Source of the DNA: an uncultured Desulfarculus sp.
Lineage (GTDB): Bacteria > Desulfobacterota > Desulfarculia > Desulfarculales > Desulfarculaceae
Assembly: GCA_963665125.2 (NCBI GenBank)
Contig: CAXXUK010000001.1
Coordinates: 2,304,001-2,368,000, forward strand
Length of the DNA: 64,000 nt
Reading direction: 5' to 3'
Part shown: piece by piece, positions 52,856 to 61,650 of the stretch
Numbering within the stretch: the stretch's first letter is position 1
Layout: each line of letters starts with the position of its first letter
Made by a program: the position numbers and the translations under genes
Notes under the pieces: model-generated
Database searches by the model: none
What the model was told of the DNA's origin: nothing
What the model saw: the letters and a program-made list of their open reading frames with translations, nothing else

Positions 52856-53524
52856 GTGGCCACACCATTGCAAAAAGCACAAAACGACCGTGATTCCATG
52901 AAAGGCCGCATCCTGGAGGCCGCCCGCCGGGTCTTCGGGCTCTACGGTTTTCATGGAGCCACCATGCGGGCCATCTGCCGCGAGGTGGGCATCGACATAT
53001 CCACGCTCTACTATCATTGGGGCGAAAAAGACGATCTTTATCAAGCCGTTATCATAGACGCCACAGACTGCCTGGGCCGCTGGCTGACCGAGGTGGAGTT
53101 GGCAATCAAGGGCAAGCCCCTGGTCCGGCGCATGGACATCGCCATTGACATGATGTGCGGTTTTCTGGCCGACAACCCGGAGATCAGCCGCCTTATTTTG
53201 CAGCGCTACATGAGCGACACCCGCCACCAGATCAGCTTTGACCGCCGGGTGCCGGGCTTCGCGGCGGACATCGCCCGGTCCATGGGCCTCGCCGAGGCCG
53301 ACGGAACGGTGAGCACCAGCACCAAGACCCGCATCCTGGGCATGATGATGAGCATCTACAGCTTCATGTCCGGCGAAAACATGCTGCGCTCCATGTTGAA
53401 CCTGGACCGCGAGGCCTATTTGGCCGAGGCCAGGGACGCCCTCAAATACATGCTCATTCCGGCGTTCTGCGGTTTTCAACCGCCCGTCGCCGGCACGATT
53501 GGGGATCAACGTCATGAGCATTGA
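52856..53524 (+). CDS. TetR/AcrR family transcriptional regulator
   Basis: RILEAARRVFGLYGFHGATMRAICREVGIDISTLYYHWGEKDDLY HTH; GTG start after GGAG (start uncertain). Confidence 0.9.
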   Translation: MATPLQKAQNDRDSMKGRILEAARRVFGLYGFHGATMRAICREVGIDISTLYYHWGEKDDLYQAVIIDATDCLGRWLTEVELAIKGKPLVRRMDIAIDMMCGFLADNPEISRLILQRYMSDTRHQISFDRRVPGFAADIARSMGLAEADGTVSTSTKTRILGMMMSIYSFMSGENMLRSMLNLDREAYLAEARDALKYMLIPAFCGFQPPVAGTIGDQRHEH

Positions 53525-54623
53525 CATTTCGCCGTTCCGGCAGGCCGCCCAAGAGGCCAGAGCCGCCTTGGCCACCGAGGATTCAGCGCCCGCCCTGGGC
53601 TATTTCTGCACTTACGCGCCCGTGGAGCTTATCCACGCCGCCGGCTACCGGCCCGTGCGGCTCATGGGCGGCAGCGGCTCCATCTCCCGGGCCGACGCCC
53701 TGACCCCGGCCTTTATCTGCCCCTATCTGCGCCTGGCCGCGGACAAGGCCCTGGCCGGGGAGTTCAAGGGACTGCGCGGCCTGATGCAGGGCTACACCTG
53801 CGATGTATCCTGCGGCGTGATGAACATTTGGGAGCAAAACTTCCCCTGCCAGGTGCACCACACCATCCCCCTGCCCTATGGCAAGGGCCCCGGCGCCCGG
53901 GACTTTCTGCTCAAGGCCCTGGCCGAGGCCGCCGAAAAATTGGCCGCCGCAGGCCACCCGGTGACCGGCGAAGCCCTCGCCAATAGCATGGACCTCTACA
54001 CCGCACTGCGCGGCAGGGTGCTGGAGCTTTACGAACTGCGCCAAAACGGGCTGTTGCCCCTGGGCGCGGCGGAGCTTCTGGAAGTGGTCAACGCCGGATT
54101 CATTGTCGAGCCGGCGCAGTACCGGACCCTGCTGCGGGCCCTGTTGGGCTCGATCCAAGAGGCACTGCCCGCCGGACAACCATCCGGTGTGCCGCTCGTC
54201 GTCTCGGGTAGCATAATCGAAGACCCGGCCATCCTGGAGGCCGTGGAAAACGCCGGGGCCAGGATCGTCAGCGATGACCTGTGCACCGGCCTGCGGCCCA
54301 TGCTGCCGCCCGACGGCCGGGGCGACGATCCCTGGCAGCGCCTGGCCGACAGGCTCCTGCAACGCAGCCCCTGCCCGGCCCGGGCCAGGGCCGAAGACCG
54401 GCTGGAGTTCATCGGCGCCCTGGCCCGCAACAACAAGGCCAGGGGCGTCGTCTTCCTGCTGCAAAAATTCTGCACGCCGCATTTGGCCGACCTGCCGGAC
54501 CTGCGCCGGGGCCTCGGCGAGGCGGGTCTGCCCAGCGTGGTCTTCGAGCTTGAGGAAACCGGGGCCAACACCGGCCAATTGATCACCAGGGTGGAAGCCC
54601 TGCTGGAAATCCTGGGGGATTAA
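53514..54623 (+). CDS. 2-hydroxyacyl-CoA dehydratase / benzoyl-CoA reductase family subunit (HgdB/BcrC-like)
   Basis: GYFCTYAPVELIHAAG, FICPY, YTCD, DDLCTG, KFCTPH, TRVEALLE. Confidence 0.85.
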   Translation: MSIDISPFRQAAQEARAALATEDSAPALGYFCTYAPVELIHAAGYRPVRLMGGSGSISRADALTPAFICPYLRLAADKALAGEFKGLRGLMQGYTCDVSCGVMNIWEQNFPCQVHHTIPLPYGKGPGARDFLLKALAEAAEKLAAAGHPVTGEALANSMDLYTALRGRVLELYELRQNGLLPLGAAELLEVVNAGFIVEPAQYRTLLRALLGSIQEALPAGQPSGVPLVVSGSIIEDPAILEAVENAGARIVSDDLCTGLRPMLPPDGRGDDPWQRLADRLLQRSPCPARARAEDRLEFIGALARNNKARGVVFLLQKFCTPHLADLPDLRRGLGEAGLPSVVFELEETGANTGQLITRVEALLEILGD

Positions 54624-54624
54624 G

Positions 54625-55869
54625 ATGAGCGGTCCGCGCAAATCCACCAAACGCCTGAAGTCGGCCAAGGAACTAAACCGCGTGGTGGCCGAATTTTACC
54701 TGGAATGCAACAGGGCCAAGGAAGAAGGCCGTCTGGTGGGCTGGATGCCGCCCATGAACGGGGCCATCGAGCTGTTCTACGCCATGGGTCTGCAACCGGT
54801 GTTTCCGGAGAACTGGTCGCCGGTGTGCGCGGCCTTCGGCCTGACGCCGGGCAATTTCGACATCGCCCACGGCCTGGGTTATTCCAGGGACCTGTGCGGC
54901 TATCTGCGCAACATCCTGGGCTATGTGCACGGCGACATGCACGGCGAGCAGGTGCCATTGGGCGGCCTGCCCGAGCCGGACATCATCCTCACGCCCGGCG
55001 GCGGCTGCGTGCCGGTGATGAAGATATTCCACGCCCTGGAGCGGCGCTTCCCCAAGGCCGCCGTGTTCCGGGCCGATCTGCCCCAGGTGGCCGTGGAGGA
55101 CATCCAGCAACACCACATCGACTATGCCGTGGGCCAGATCAAGGCCCTGGCCGCCTTTTTGGAGGACCAGAGCGGCAGCAAACTGGACATGGACCGCCTG
55201 GCCGAGGTGGTGGCCCTGTCGGACCAGGCCTGCCAACTCTGGGACGAAATCATGGCCTGCCGTTCGGCCGTGCCCACGCCGTTTTCCGCAGCCGAGATCG
55301 GCATCATGTTCGTCATGGTCACCCGCCAGGGCACCCGGGAAGCGGTGGATTTTCTGACCATGTGCCGGGATGAAGTGGCCCAGCGGGCCGCCGAGGGCGT
55401 CGGCGTCATTGAAAACGAGAAGGTGCGCCTGTTCTGGGACAACATCCCCCTTTGGTACAACATGGGCCTGTTCAATTACTTTGAAAAGGCCGGCGGCGTG
55501 GTGGTGGCCGAGACGTACAGCGCGGCCTGGAGCCTGCGCCTGGACCCGGACAAGCCCCTGGAATCCCTGGCCCTCAAGAGTTTGCAGAGCTATCCCCTGG
55601 TGTCGTGCGTATCCATCAAAAAACGCATAGACATGGTCCTCAAGGCCTGCCGCGAGTACCATATCGACGGGGCCATTCTTCACCGCAACAAGTCCTGCGT
55701 GCCCATCACCCTGGGCCAGATGGACATCAAACGCGCCCTGGAGCAAGAGTTGGGCGTGCCCAGCCTGATCATCGACGCCGACCACATGGACGCCGAGAAC
55801 TTCTCCGAGGCCCAGTTCCAGACCAGGGCCGACGCATTCATGGAAATGCTATTGGAGCGAAAGGCCTGA
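54625..55869 (+). CDS. 2-hydroxyacyl-CoA dehydratase / benzoyl-CoA reductase family subunit (HgdA/BcrB-like)
   Basis: PENW, GYSRDLCGY, GGLPEPD, EKVRLFWDNIPLW, NKSC, DADHMD..FSEAQFQTRADAFME. Confidence 0.85.
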   Translation: MSGPRKSTKRLKSAKELNRVVAEFYLECNRAKEEGRLVGWMPPMNGAIELFYAMGLQPVFPENWSPVCAAFGLTPGNFDIAHGLGYSRDLCGYLRNILGYVHGDMHGEQVPLGGLPEPDIILTPGGGCVPVMKIFHALERRFPKAAVFRADLPQVAVEDIQQHHIDYAVGQIKALAAFLEDQSGSKLDMDRLAEVVALSDQACQLWDEIMACRSAVPTPFSAAEIGIMFVMVTRQGTREAVDFLTMCRDEVAQRAAEGVGVIENEKVRLFWDNIPLWYNMGLFNYFEKAGGVVVAETYSAAWSLRLDPDKPLESLALKSLQSYPLVSCVSIKKRIDMVLKACREYHIDGAILHRNKSCVPITLGQMDIKRALEQELGVPSLIIDADHMDAENFSEAQFQTRADAFMEMLLERKA

Positions 55870-55896
55870 AACATTTGCCCTAACAAGGAGTGACCA

Positions 55897-57690
55897 GTGG
55901 CTTTTGGAACCATCCTGGAGGCGCTGGCCGCCAACGCGAAGAATACACCCCAACGCACCATCATCAGGCATATAGCCACCAGCGGCGGTCAGTACCAAGA
56001 CGTTAACTGGGCCGAGTTGTACGAGGCCATCCAAAACCTGGCCGCGGCCCTGGTGGACCAGGGACTGGAGCCAGGCGACAGGGTGGCGATTCTGTCATAC
56101 AACCGCCTGGAATGGATCATCACCGACATGGCCGTTATGCTGGCCGGCGGCGTTTCCGTGGCCCTGTACCACACCAACACGGCCGAGCAGTGCGCCTATA
56201 TCCTGGCCGACAGCGGGGCCCGCTTTGTCTTCGTGGAAGACGAAGAGCAGGTGGCCAAGGTCCTGGAGCACTGGGACGGCCTGGCCGATTTAAAGGCCGC
56301 CGTGCTCTACCAGGGCCAGCATCCCGCCTCCGAAAGGACGATTTTCGGGTTCAAAGCCCTGATGGATATGGGCGCAAAGGCCAGGCCCGCCCAGGCACCG
56401 GAGTTGGACCGGCTCTTGGCCCTGATCGACCGGGACACCCTGGCCACCCTGGTTTACACCAGCGGCACCACCGGCCCGCCCAAGGGCTGCATGATCAGCC
56501 ACGCCAATTTGTGCGGCGTGCTGGAGGCCATCGACGATTTTCTACAGGTGGACCCCGAGGCCGAGCAGTCGCTTCTGATCCTGCCGGTGAGCCATCTCTA
56601 CCCCAGGGTCACCGGGTATTACTACAACCTGTACAAGAACATCCCCCTGGCCCTGGCCCAGAGCATCGACAGCGCCGCCGAAAACATGAAGCAGATCCGG
56701 CCCACCTATTTCGCCTGCGTGCCCAGGGTCTTTGAAAAGCTCTACGACCGCATCAACGGCCAGATCGACCAGGGCCCGGCCCTTAAAAAATCCCTGCTCA
56801 ACTGGGCCTCGGGAGTGGGCCGCAGGCGCAGCGCCCTGATCCTGGATCACAAACCAGTGCCAGCGTTGTTGGGCCTGCAACACAAGATCGCCGATGCGTT
56901 GGTCTTTAAAAAGATCCGGGACCAGCTCGGCGGACGGCTGCGCTTCGCCGTATCGGCCGGGGCGCCGCTCTCGGCCGAGATCGGCCTGTTCATCCACGCC
57001 ATTGGCGTGCATGTGCTGGAATATTACGGCCTCACCGAATGCGTGGGCGGCACGGTTACGACCTTCGAGCACACCCGCTACGGCACGGTGGGCAGGCCCA
57101 TGCGCGGCGTGGAGCTGAAGATCGCCGACGACGGCGAAATCCTGCTGCGGGGCAACGTGTTCATGGGCTACTGGAACATGCCCGAAAAGACCGCCGAGTT
57201 GATAATGGACGGCTGGTGTCACACCGGCGATGTGGGACGCATCGACGATGACGGCTATCTGGTGATCACCGACCGCAAGAAAGACCTGATCATCACCGCC
57301 GGGGGCAAGAACATCTCCCCGCAAAACCTGGAGAACCTGCTCAAGCGCATCCCTCTGGTCAGCGTGGCCATGGTCCACGGCGACAGGCGCAAGTACCTCA
57401 CGGCCCTGTTGAGCCTGGACCAGGCCGAAACCCTAGCCTGGGCCGCGGCCCAGGGCTTGGCCACGGACGACTTCAGCCGCATCAGCCAGAGCCCCGAGGT
57501 GCGGCGGATGATCCAGGACCAGATGGACGCCATCAACGCCAATCTGGCCAGGTTCGAGACCATCAAGAAATTCGCCGTGCTGGACCGGGAGCTGTCCCAG
57601 GAAGAGGGCGAAATAACCGCCACCCTCAAGGTCAAACGCCGGATTATCGAGCAAAAATTCAAGGATATGCTGGATTCGCTCTATGAATAG
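55897..57690 (+). CDS. Long-chain fatty acid-CoA ligase (AMP-forming)
   Basis: YTSGTTGPPKG, YGLTE, GWCHTGDVG, DRKKDLIITAGGKNISP, TATLKVKR. Confidence 0.92.
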   Translation: MAFGTILEALAANAKNTPQRTIIRHIATSGGQYQDVNWAELYEAIQNLAAALVDQGLEPGDRVAILSYNRLEWIITDMAVMLAGGVSVALYHTNTAEQCAYILADSGARFVFVEDEEQVAKVLEHWDGLADLKAAVLYQGQHPASERTIFGFKALMDMGAKARPAQAPELDRLLALIDRDTLATLVYTSGTTGPPKGCMISHANLCGVLEAIDDFLQVDPEAEQSLLILPVSHLYPRVTGYYYNLYKNIPLALAQSIDSAAENMKQIRPTYFACVPRVFEKLYDRINGQIDQGPALKKSLLNWASGVGRRRSALILDHKPVPALLGLQHKIADALVFKKIRDQLGGRLRFAVSAGAPLSAEIGLFIHAIGVHVLEYYGLTECVGGTVTTFEHTRYGTVGRPMRGVELKIADDGEILLRGNVFMGYWNMPEKTAELIMDGWCHTGDVGRIDDDGYLVITDRKKDLIITAGGKNISPQNLENLLKRIPLVSVAMVHGDRRKYLTALLSLDQAETLAWAAAQGLATDDFSRISQSPEVRRMIQDQMDAINANLARFETIKKFAVLDRELSQEEGEITATLKVKRRIIEQKFKDMLDSLYE

Positions 57691-57691
57691 C

Positions 57692-58567
57692 TTATAGGTT
57701 GATCCCGGCTTCGACGGCGGCGTCGGAGGCATAGTTAAGATACAGGCCGGCCCAGGCGTCCACCTCGGCCAGGCCCCTGGGCAGGCAGCGCACCTCCAGG
57801 CCCAGGCTCATCAATGCCCCGGCCCAGGCCTCCGCCCCTCCGCCGCAGATGTCGTCCAGGGCGTGCCCTCCTGCCACCAATAACAGCGGCAGGACCACGG
57901 CCCTGACCGCGCCGGACCGGCTTAGACCCCGGCGCACGTATTCCAGGCCGAACACGCCGTCCATGGTGCCCACGAAGATGGGCTGCTCCGGGTAGACGCG
58001 CCTCAGGACCTCCTGAAACTCCTGATACACCCCGGTGCTCAGGCGGCGGTTGCCGTGGCCAACATAGACCAGGGACTCGCCGTTTTGCCGGGCCTCGTCA
58101 GCGTCGGCGGCCAGGGCCAGGGCGGCCTTTTCCAGGTCGTCCATGTAGGGATGGACCGGGCCGGGCATGCCCAGGGCCGGGCGGCCCAGGGCCAGTTTTT
58201 TGAAAGGTTTTTGGGCCGGGTCAACGGTGCGCAACGTCTCCAGGGCCCGAACAATGTCGGCCAGGTTGAAAAACTCGGCCCCGGCAAAGATATGCAGCGG
58301 CTGGACCACGATTTCCTCGAAGCCGTCTTCCTGGAGGTCGGCCAGGCTGGCCAAGGCGCCGCGGTATTTCAGGGCCACGACGGCCCGGCCGTCGGCGGCG
58401 CGTTTTTTCAGCAGACTGCGCACCACGGGCGAGGTGAACGACACGCGCACCTCGGCATTGGGAAACCTCTGCCGGGCCAGACGCATGATATTATCAATGC
58501 CGCCCAGGGCCTGCGGTCTGCCGGCGCCGTGGGCGGCGAGAAGCAACGCGGTTTTTTGCTGGTCCAT
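57692..58567 (-). CDS. cbiK: Sirohydrochlorin cobaltochelatase CbiK, cytoplasmic type
   Basis: ALLLAAHG, VSFTS, QPLHIFAGAEF, YVGHGN, GTMDG, PLLLVAGGHA..DI; no signal peptide. Confidence 0.8.
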   Translation of the reverse strand: MDQQKTALLLAAHGAGRPQALGGIDNIMRLARQRFPNAEVRVSFTSPVVRSLLKKRAADGRAVVALKYRGALASLADLQEDGFEEIVVQPLHIFAGAEFFNLADIVRALETLRTVDPAQKPFKKLALGRPALGMPGPVHPYMDDLEKAALALAADADEARQNGESLVYVGHGNRRLSTGVYQEFQEVLRRVYPEQPIFVGTMDGVFGLEYVRRGLSRSGAVRAVVLPLLLVAGGHALDDICGGGAEAWAGALMSLGLEVRCLPRGLAEVDAWAGLYLNYASDAAVEAGINL

Positions 58568-58577
58568 GGCTGGGGCG

Positions 58578-59219
58578 CTAATCCTCCACCTTGTAACCCG
58601 CGGTTGCGAAATCGGCCCGCAGGTCTTCGAGATATTCCGTCTTGGCCCGGATATAGAGCCGGTGTCCCTTGCTGGCCCGGTGTGGCAGGCTGAATATGGC
58701 CGTGACCGGCACGCCGCGCTTTTCCACGATCCTGGCGATGTCGCTCATGGCGCCCGGATGGCTTTGAATGTCCACCCCGTCCAGGACCACGTGGGAGTCT
58801 CCCGGGGCACCGCCCATGACATGCAGCGTGGCACTGAAAATTTCCGTTTCAGTGGCAATGCCGATCAACTTGCCCTTTTCCACCACCGGAAAGGCCCCGA
58901 TGCCCTCTTTCTGGCCTATTCTTATCACATCCATCACGTAATCATCCGGAGAAACCGTCACTGGGTCTTTTTTCATGACTTCGCCGACCTTCAGGCGCGA
59001 AAGCATGTAGTTGCGTTCCTGTTTGCTCAGGGACGTGGCCTCCGAAGGCAGAACCTCCAGGATGCGGTGCAGCGTAATCATGCCCACCAGGCGGTTTTTC
59101 TTATCCACCACCGGCAGGCGGCGGATGCGGTTTTCGTCCATTAGTTTGCGCGCCTGCATCAACAGGGTCTCGGGCGTAACGGTGATGGGATCGGGCGTCA
59201 TCCAGTTCCTGACCTTCAT
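58578..59219 (-). CDS. CBS-domain protein (AcuB-like, tandem CBS plus ACT-like C-terminus)
   Basis: MKVRNWMTPDPITV, IRRLPVVD, PSEATSLS..E.NY.L, VMKKDPVTV; GGGAGG RBS. Confidence 0.85.
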   Translation of the reverse strand: MKVRNWMTPDPITVTPETLLMQARKLMDENRIRRLPVVDKKNRLVGMITLHRILEVLPSEATSLSKQERNYMLSRLKVGEVMKKDPVTVSPDDYVMDVIRIGQKEGIGAFPVVEKGKLIGIATETEIFSATLHVMGGAPGDSHVVLDGVDIQSHPGAMSDIARIVEKRGVPVTAIFSLPHRASKGHRLYIRAKTEYLEDLRADFATAGYKVED

Positions 59220-59424
59220 ATCGCTTTGCCTCCCGCACCCGGCCCTTGGCGGCGGCCGGTCTTTAGATGATAGCCGGGCTTGCGCCCCAAATGAAATCAC
59301 TACTCACGCACCCTTATTTAATTTTGTACCTGTTTTTACCCCCCGCATGCAATAGCCGCGAACCTTGCGCAAATCTTTACGGGGGCCTAGAATTTGCGTA
59401 CCGGCAACATATCAGGAGGCGAAA

Positions 59425-60252
59425 GTGTCACGAATCGGATTGGCCTTGGGGGGCGGGGGAGCAAAGGGACTGGCCCACGTCCTTATGCTGGAGGCCCTGG
59501 AAGAATTGGGACTGGAGCCTTACCGCATAGTCGGAACCAGCATCGGCGCGGTTTTCGGCGCTGCCTGCGCCTCCGGTGTCGGAGCCCAGTTCATCCGCCA
59601 AAGGGCCGACGAACTGCTTGCCGTGGAGGGCATCAAGCTGCGGGAGCTTTTATTCAAGCGCGACACCCGCAAGGTGTTGGAATTTTTCGAGCCCGCGTTC
59701 AGAAACAAGGGCGGCGTGCTGCGCGGCGAAAACTTCATGGCCTATCTCATTGAAAACATGGAAACCGACACTTTCGAGCAATTGCGCATACCCCTCAAGG
59801 TAGTGGCCACCGACTTTTGGGAGCGCAAGGAGGTGGTGTTCGACAAGGGGGATCTACGTTCGGCCATCCGGGCCAGCCTGGCCATACCCTGGTTGCTGAC
59901 GCCTGTGCGCCAGGGTGAGACCGTGCTGGTCGACGGCAGCGCGGTAAACCCCCTGCCCTACGATCTGATCCAGGACGAATGCGACATCACCATCGCCGTC
60001 GACGTCATGGGCTCGCGCAAACAGGCCGCCAAATACAAGCCCTCCATGCTGGACTATGTCTTCAACACCTACCAGATCATGCAAAAGACCATCATGGCCG
60101 AAAAAATAAAAAATCGGCCACCGGACATCCATATCGAGGTGGACATCGCCGGGGTAAAGGTAATGGAATTTTACAAGGCCGGGGACGTCTACCGTCAGGC
60201 CCAGCCCTTCAAGGACGAGTTAAAGCGCAAACTGGAAGCCAAGCTGGGCTGA
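59425..60252 (+). CDS. Patatin-like phospholipase (RssA-like)
   Basis: LALGGGGAKGLAH, GTSIG nucleophile motif, LVDGSAVNPLP; GTG start after AGGAGG. Confidence 0.9.
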   Translation: MSRIGLALGGGGAKGLAHVLMLEALEELGLEPYRIVGTSIGAVFGAACASGVGAQFIRQRADELLAVEGIKLRELLFKRDTRKVLEFFEPAFRNKGGVLRGENFMAYLIENMETDTFEQLRIPLKVVATDFWERKEVVFDKGDLRSAIRASLAIPWLLTPVRQGETVLVDGSAVNPLPYDLIQDECDITIAVDVMGSRKQAAKYKPSMLDYVFNTYQIMQKTIMAEKIKNRPPDIHIEVDIAGVKVMEFYKAGDVYRQAQPFKDELKRKLEAKLG

Positions 60253-60263
60253 GGGCCGTTTCA

Positions 60264-60692
60264 ATGATCAGGCAACATCAACCGGCGGACTTGGACGCCA
60301 TTATCGATATCTGGCTGCGGGCTTCAATGAAGGCCCATGACTTCGCGCCGCCAGAATTTTGGCAAAAACATTCCGCTGACATGCGGTCGAAATATATCCC
60401 CGGTTCCGAAACCTGGGTCTACGAGCACGACGGACGGGTGGTTGGATTTTTCTCGCTGGTGGATGAAAACCTGGCCGCGTTGTTTGTCGAACCGGAAATG
60501 CAGGGAACAGGCTTCGGCCCGAAGCTGCTTCAAAAGGCCAAATCCCTGCGCGGCAAACTTGAGTTATGCGTCTACACGCTAAACACGCGGGCCATGAGTT
60601 TTTACTTAAAGCAGGGTTTCAAGGAAGAGGGACGCCGCACGGACACCCACACCGGCGTCCAGGAAAGCATAATGGCCTGGAACCATAACTAG
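60264..60692 (+). CDS. GNAT family N-acetyltransferase (YiaC-like)
   Basis: IWLRASMKAHDF, ALFVEPEMQGTGFG, N.RAMSFYLKQGF. Confidence 0.88.
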   Translation: MIRQHQPADLDAIIDIWLRASMKAHDFAPPEFWQKHSADMRSKYIPGSETWVYEHDGRVVGFFSLVDENLAALFVEPEMQGTGFGPKLLQKAKSLRGKLELCVYTLNTRAMSFYLKQGFKEEGRRTDTHTGVQESIMAWNHN

Positions 60693-60711
60693 AACGGCCT
60701 GTTGCTCATCC

Positions 60712-60972
60712 CTAATTTTTATAGGCCTTTACGCTGATGGCCTCATCCCATGTTCCGATGACCTGCACCTTGTAGCCGGACGTTTTACGGGCGTCTATCG
60801 TATATGTGTACTGTTCCGGGTTGCTGTCGCTTTGATAGCAAAACACCATGGCCGGGCCTTTATCCCAGCTGCCCAGGCCCACGGCGTGGGCGATTGTAAC
60901 GGTGAGGGCCAATCCCGCCAACAGACCGCAGCAGACGCCCCAGAAAAATCCCTTTTGGCGCAGTAAAGACAT
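60712..60972 (-). CDS. Small exported hypothetical protein
   Basis: GGGGAG RBS; N-terminal hydrophobic stretch ending IAHA; 86 aa. Confidence 0.55.
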   Translation of the reverse strand: MSLLRQKGFFWGVCCGLLAGLALTVTIAHAVGLGSWDKGPAMVFCYQSDSNPEQYTYTIDARKTSGYKVQVIGTWDEAISVKAYKN

Positions 60973-61461
60973 GACATTCTCCCCCTGTCTTTTTCCGGTT
61001 TTCGCCAACGTAACAGACAATGGAGTTTGGCCGCCATTAAATTTTTATGACCGCACCACGCAGACCTGGCCCGAGCTTACCCCGCTGACGCTGAGCCAGG
61101 TGAGCTTCCAAAAGCCCCGCAAATGCACCGAGACCGCCGCACCGATCTGCATCAGCCCGATATGAGCCCAGATGGTCACGCCGTCATGTTCATTTGGTAT
61201 GTAGTGTTTTCGGTTCTGCTTGGAAGGTTCGCCATAGGCGGCACGCGCCCCGATGGATTGGCCTCATCCGCCGCCGGATACAGGGTCCAACACCAGGTGG
61301 CCGCCGTTTTCAATGATCTTGGCCAGGGCCTTTGCATTGATGTCAAAATTCACGTCAGGCTCCGATCAATTAAAGAAAAGTTGCTTAAGTATAACCTCGG
61401 TTGCTTGGCCGCGCATGAAATTGGCATTAAAATAGTAATAATTATTAGCCAAGGAGGGGCC

Positions 61462-61644
61462 ATGGCCGACCGGCAAAAATTATTGGACGAATTGAAGGCA
61501 TGCGAAAAGGAACTGGCCGAGGCCCAGGGGGCCATGCCCTACCACTCGGCAAGGCCTTGGCAATACGAACGACTGGAACAGGCCGAGGAAGCCGTTGCCC
61601 AGGCCAAGGCGCGCCTCTTGGAATTCGATAACAAGGAGGATTAA
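61462..61644 (+). CDS. Small helical-hairpin hypothetical protein (60 aa)
   Basis: Strong AAGGAGG RBS; MADRQKLLDELKACEKELAEAQGAMPYHSARPWQYERLEQAEEAVAQAKARLLEFDNKED. Confidence 0.75.
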   Translation: MADRQKLLDELKACEKELAEAQGAMPYHSARPWQYERLEQAEEAVAQAKARLLEFDNKED

Positions 61645-61650
61645 CGGCCC

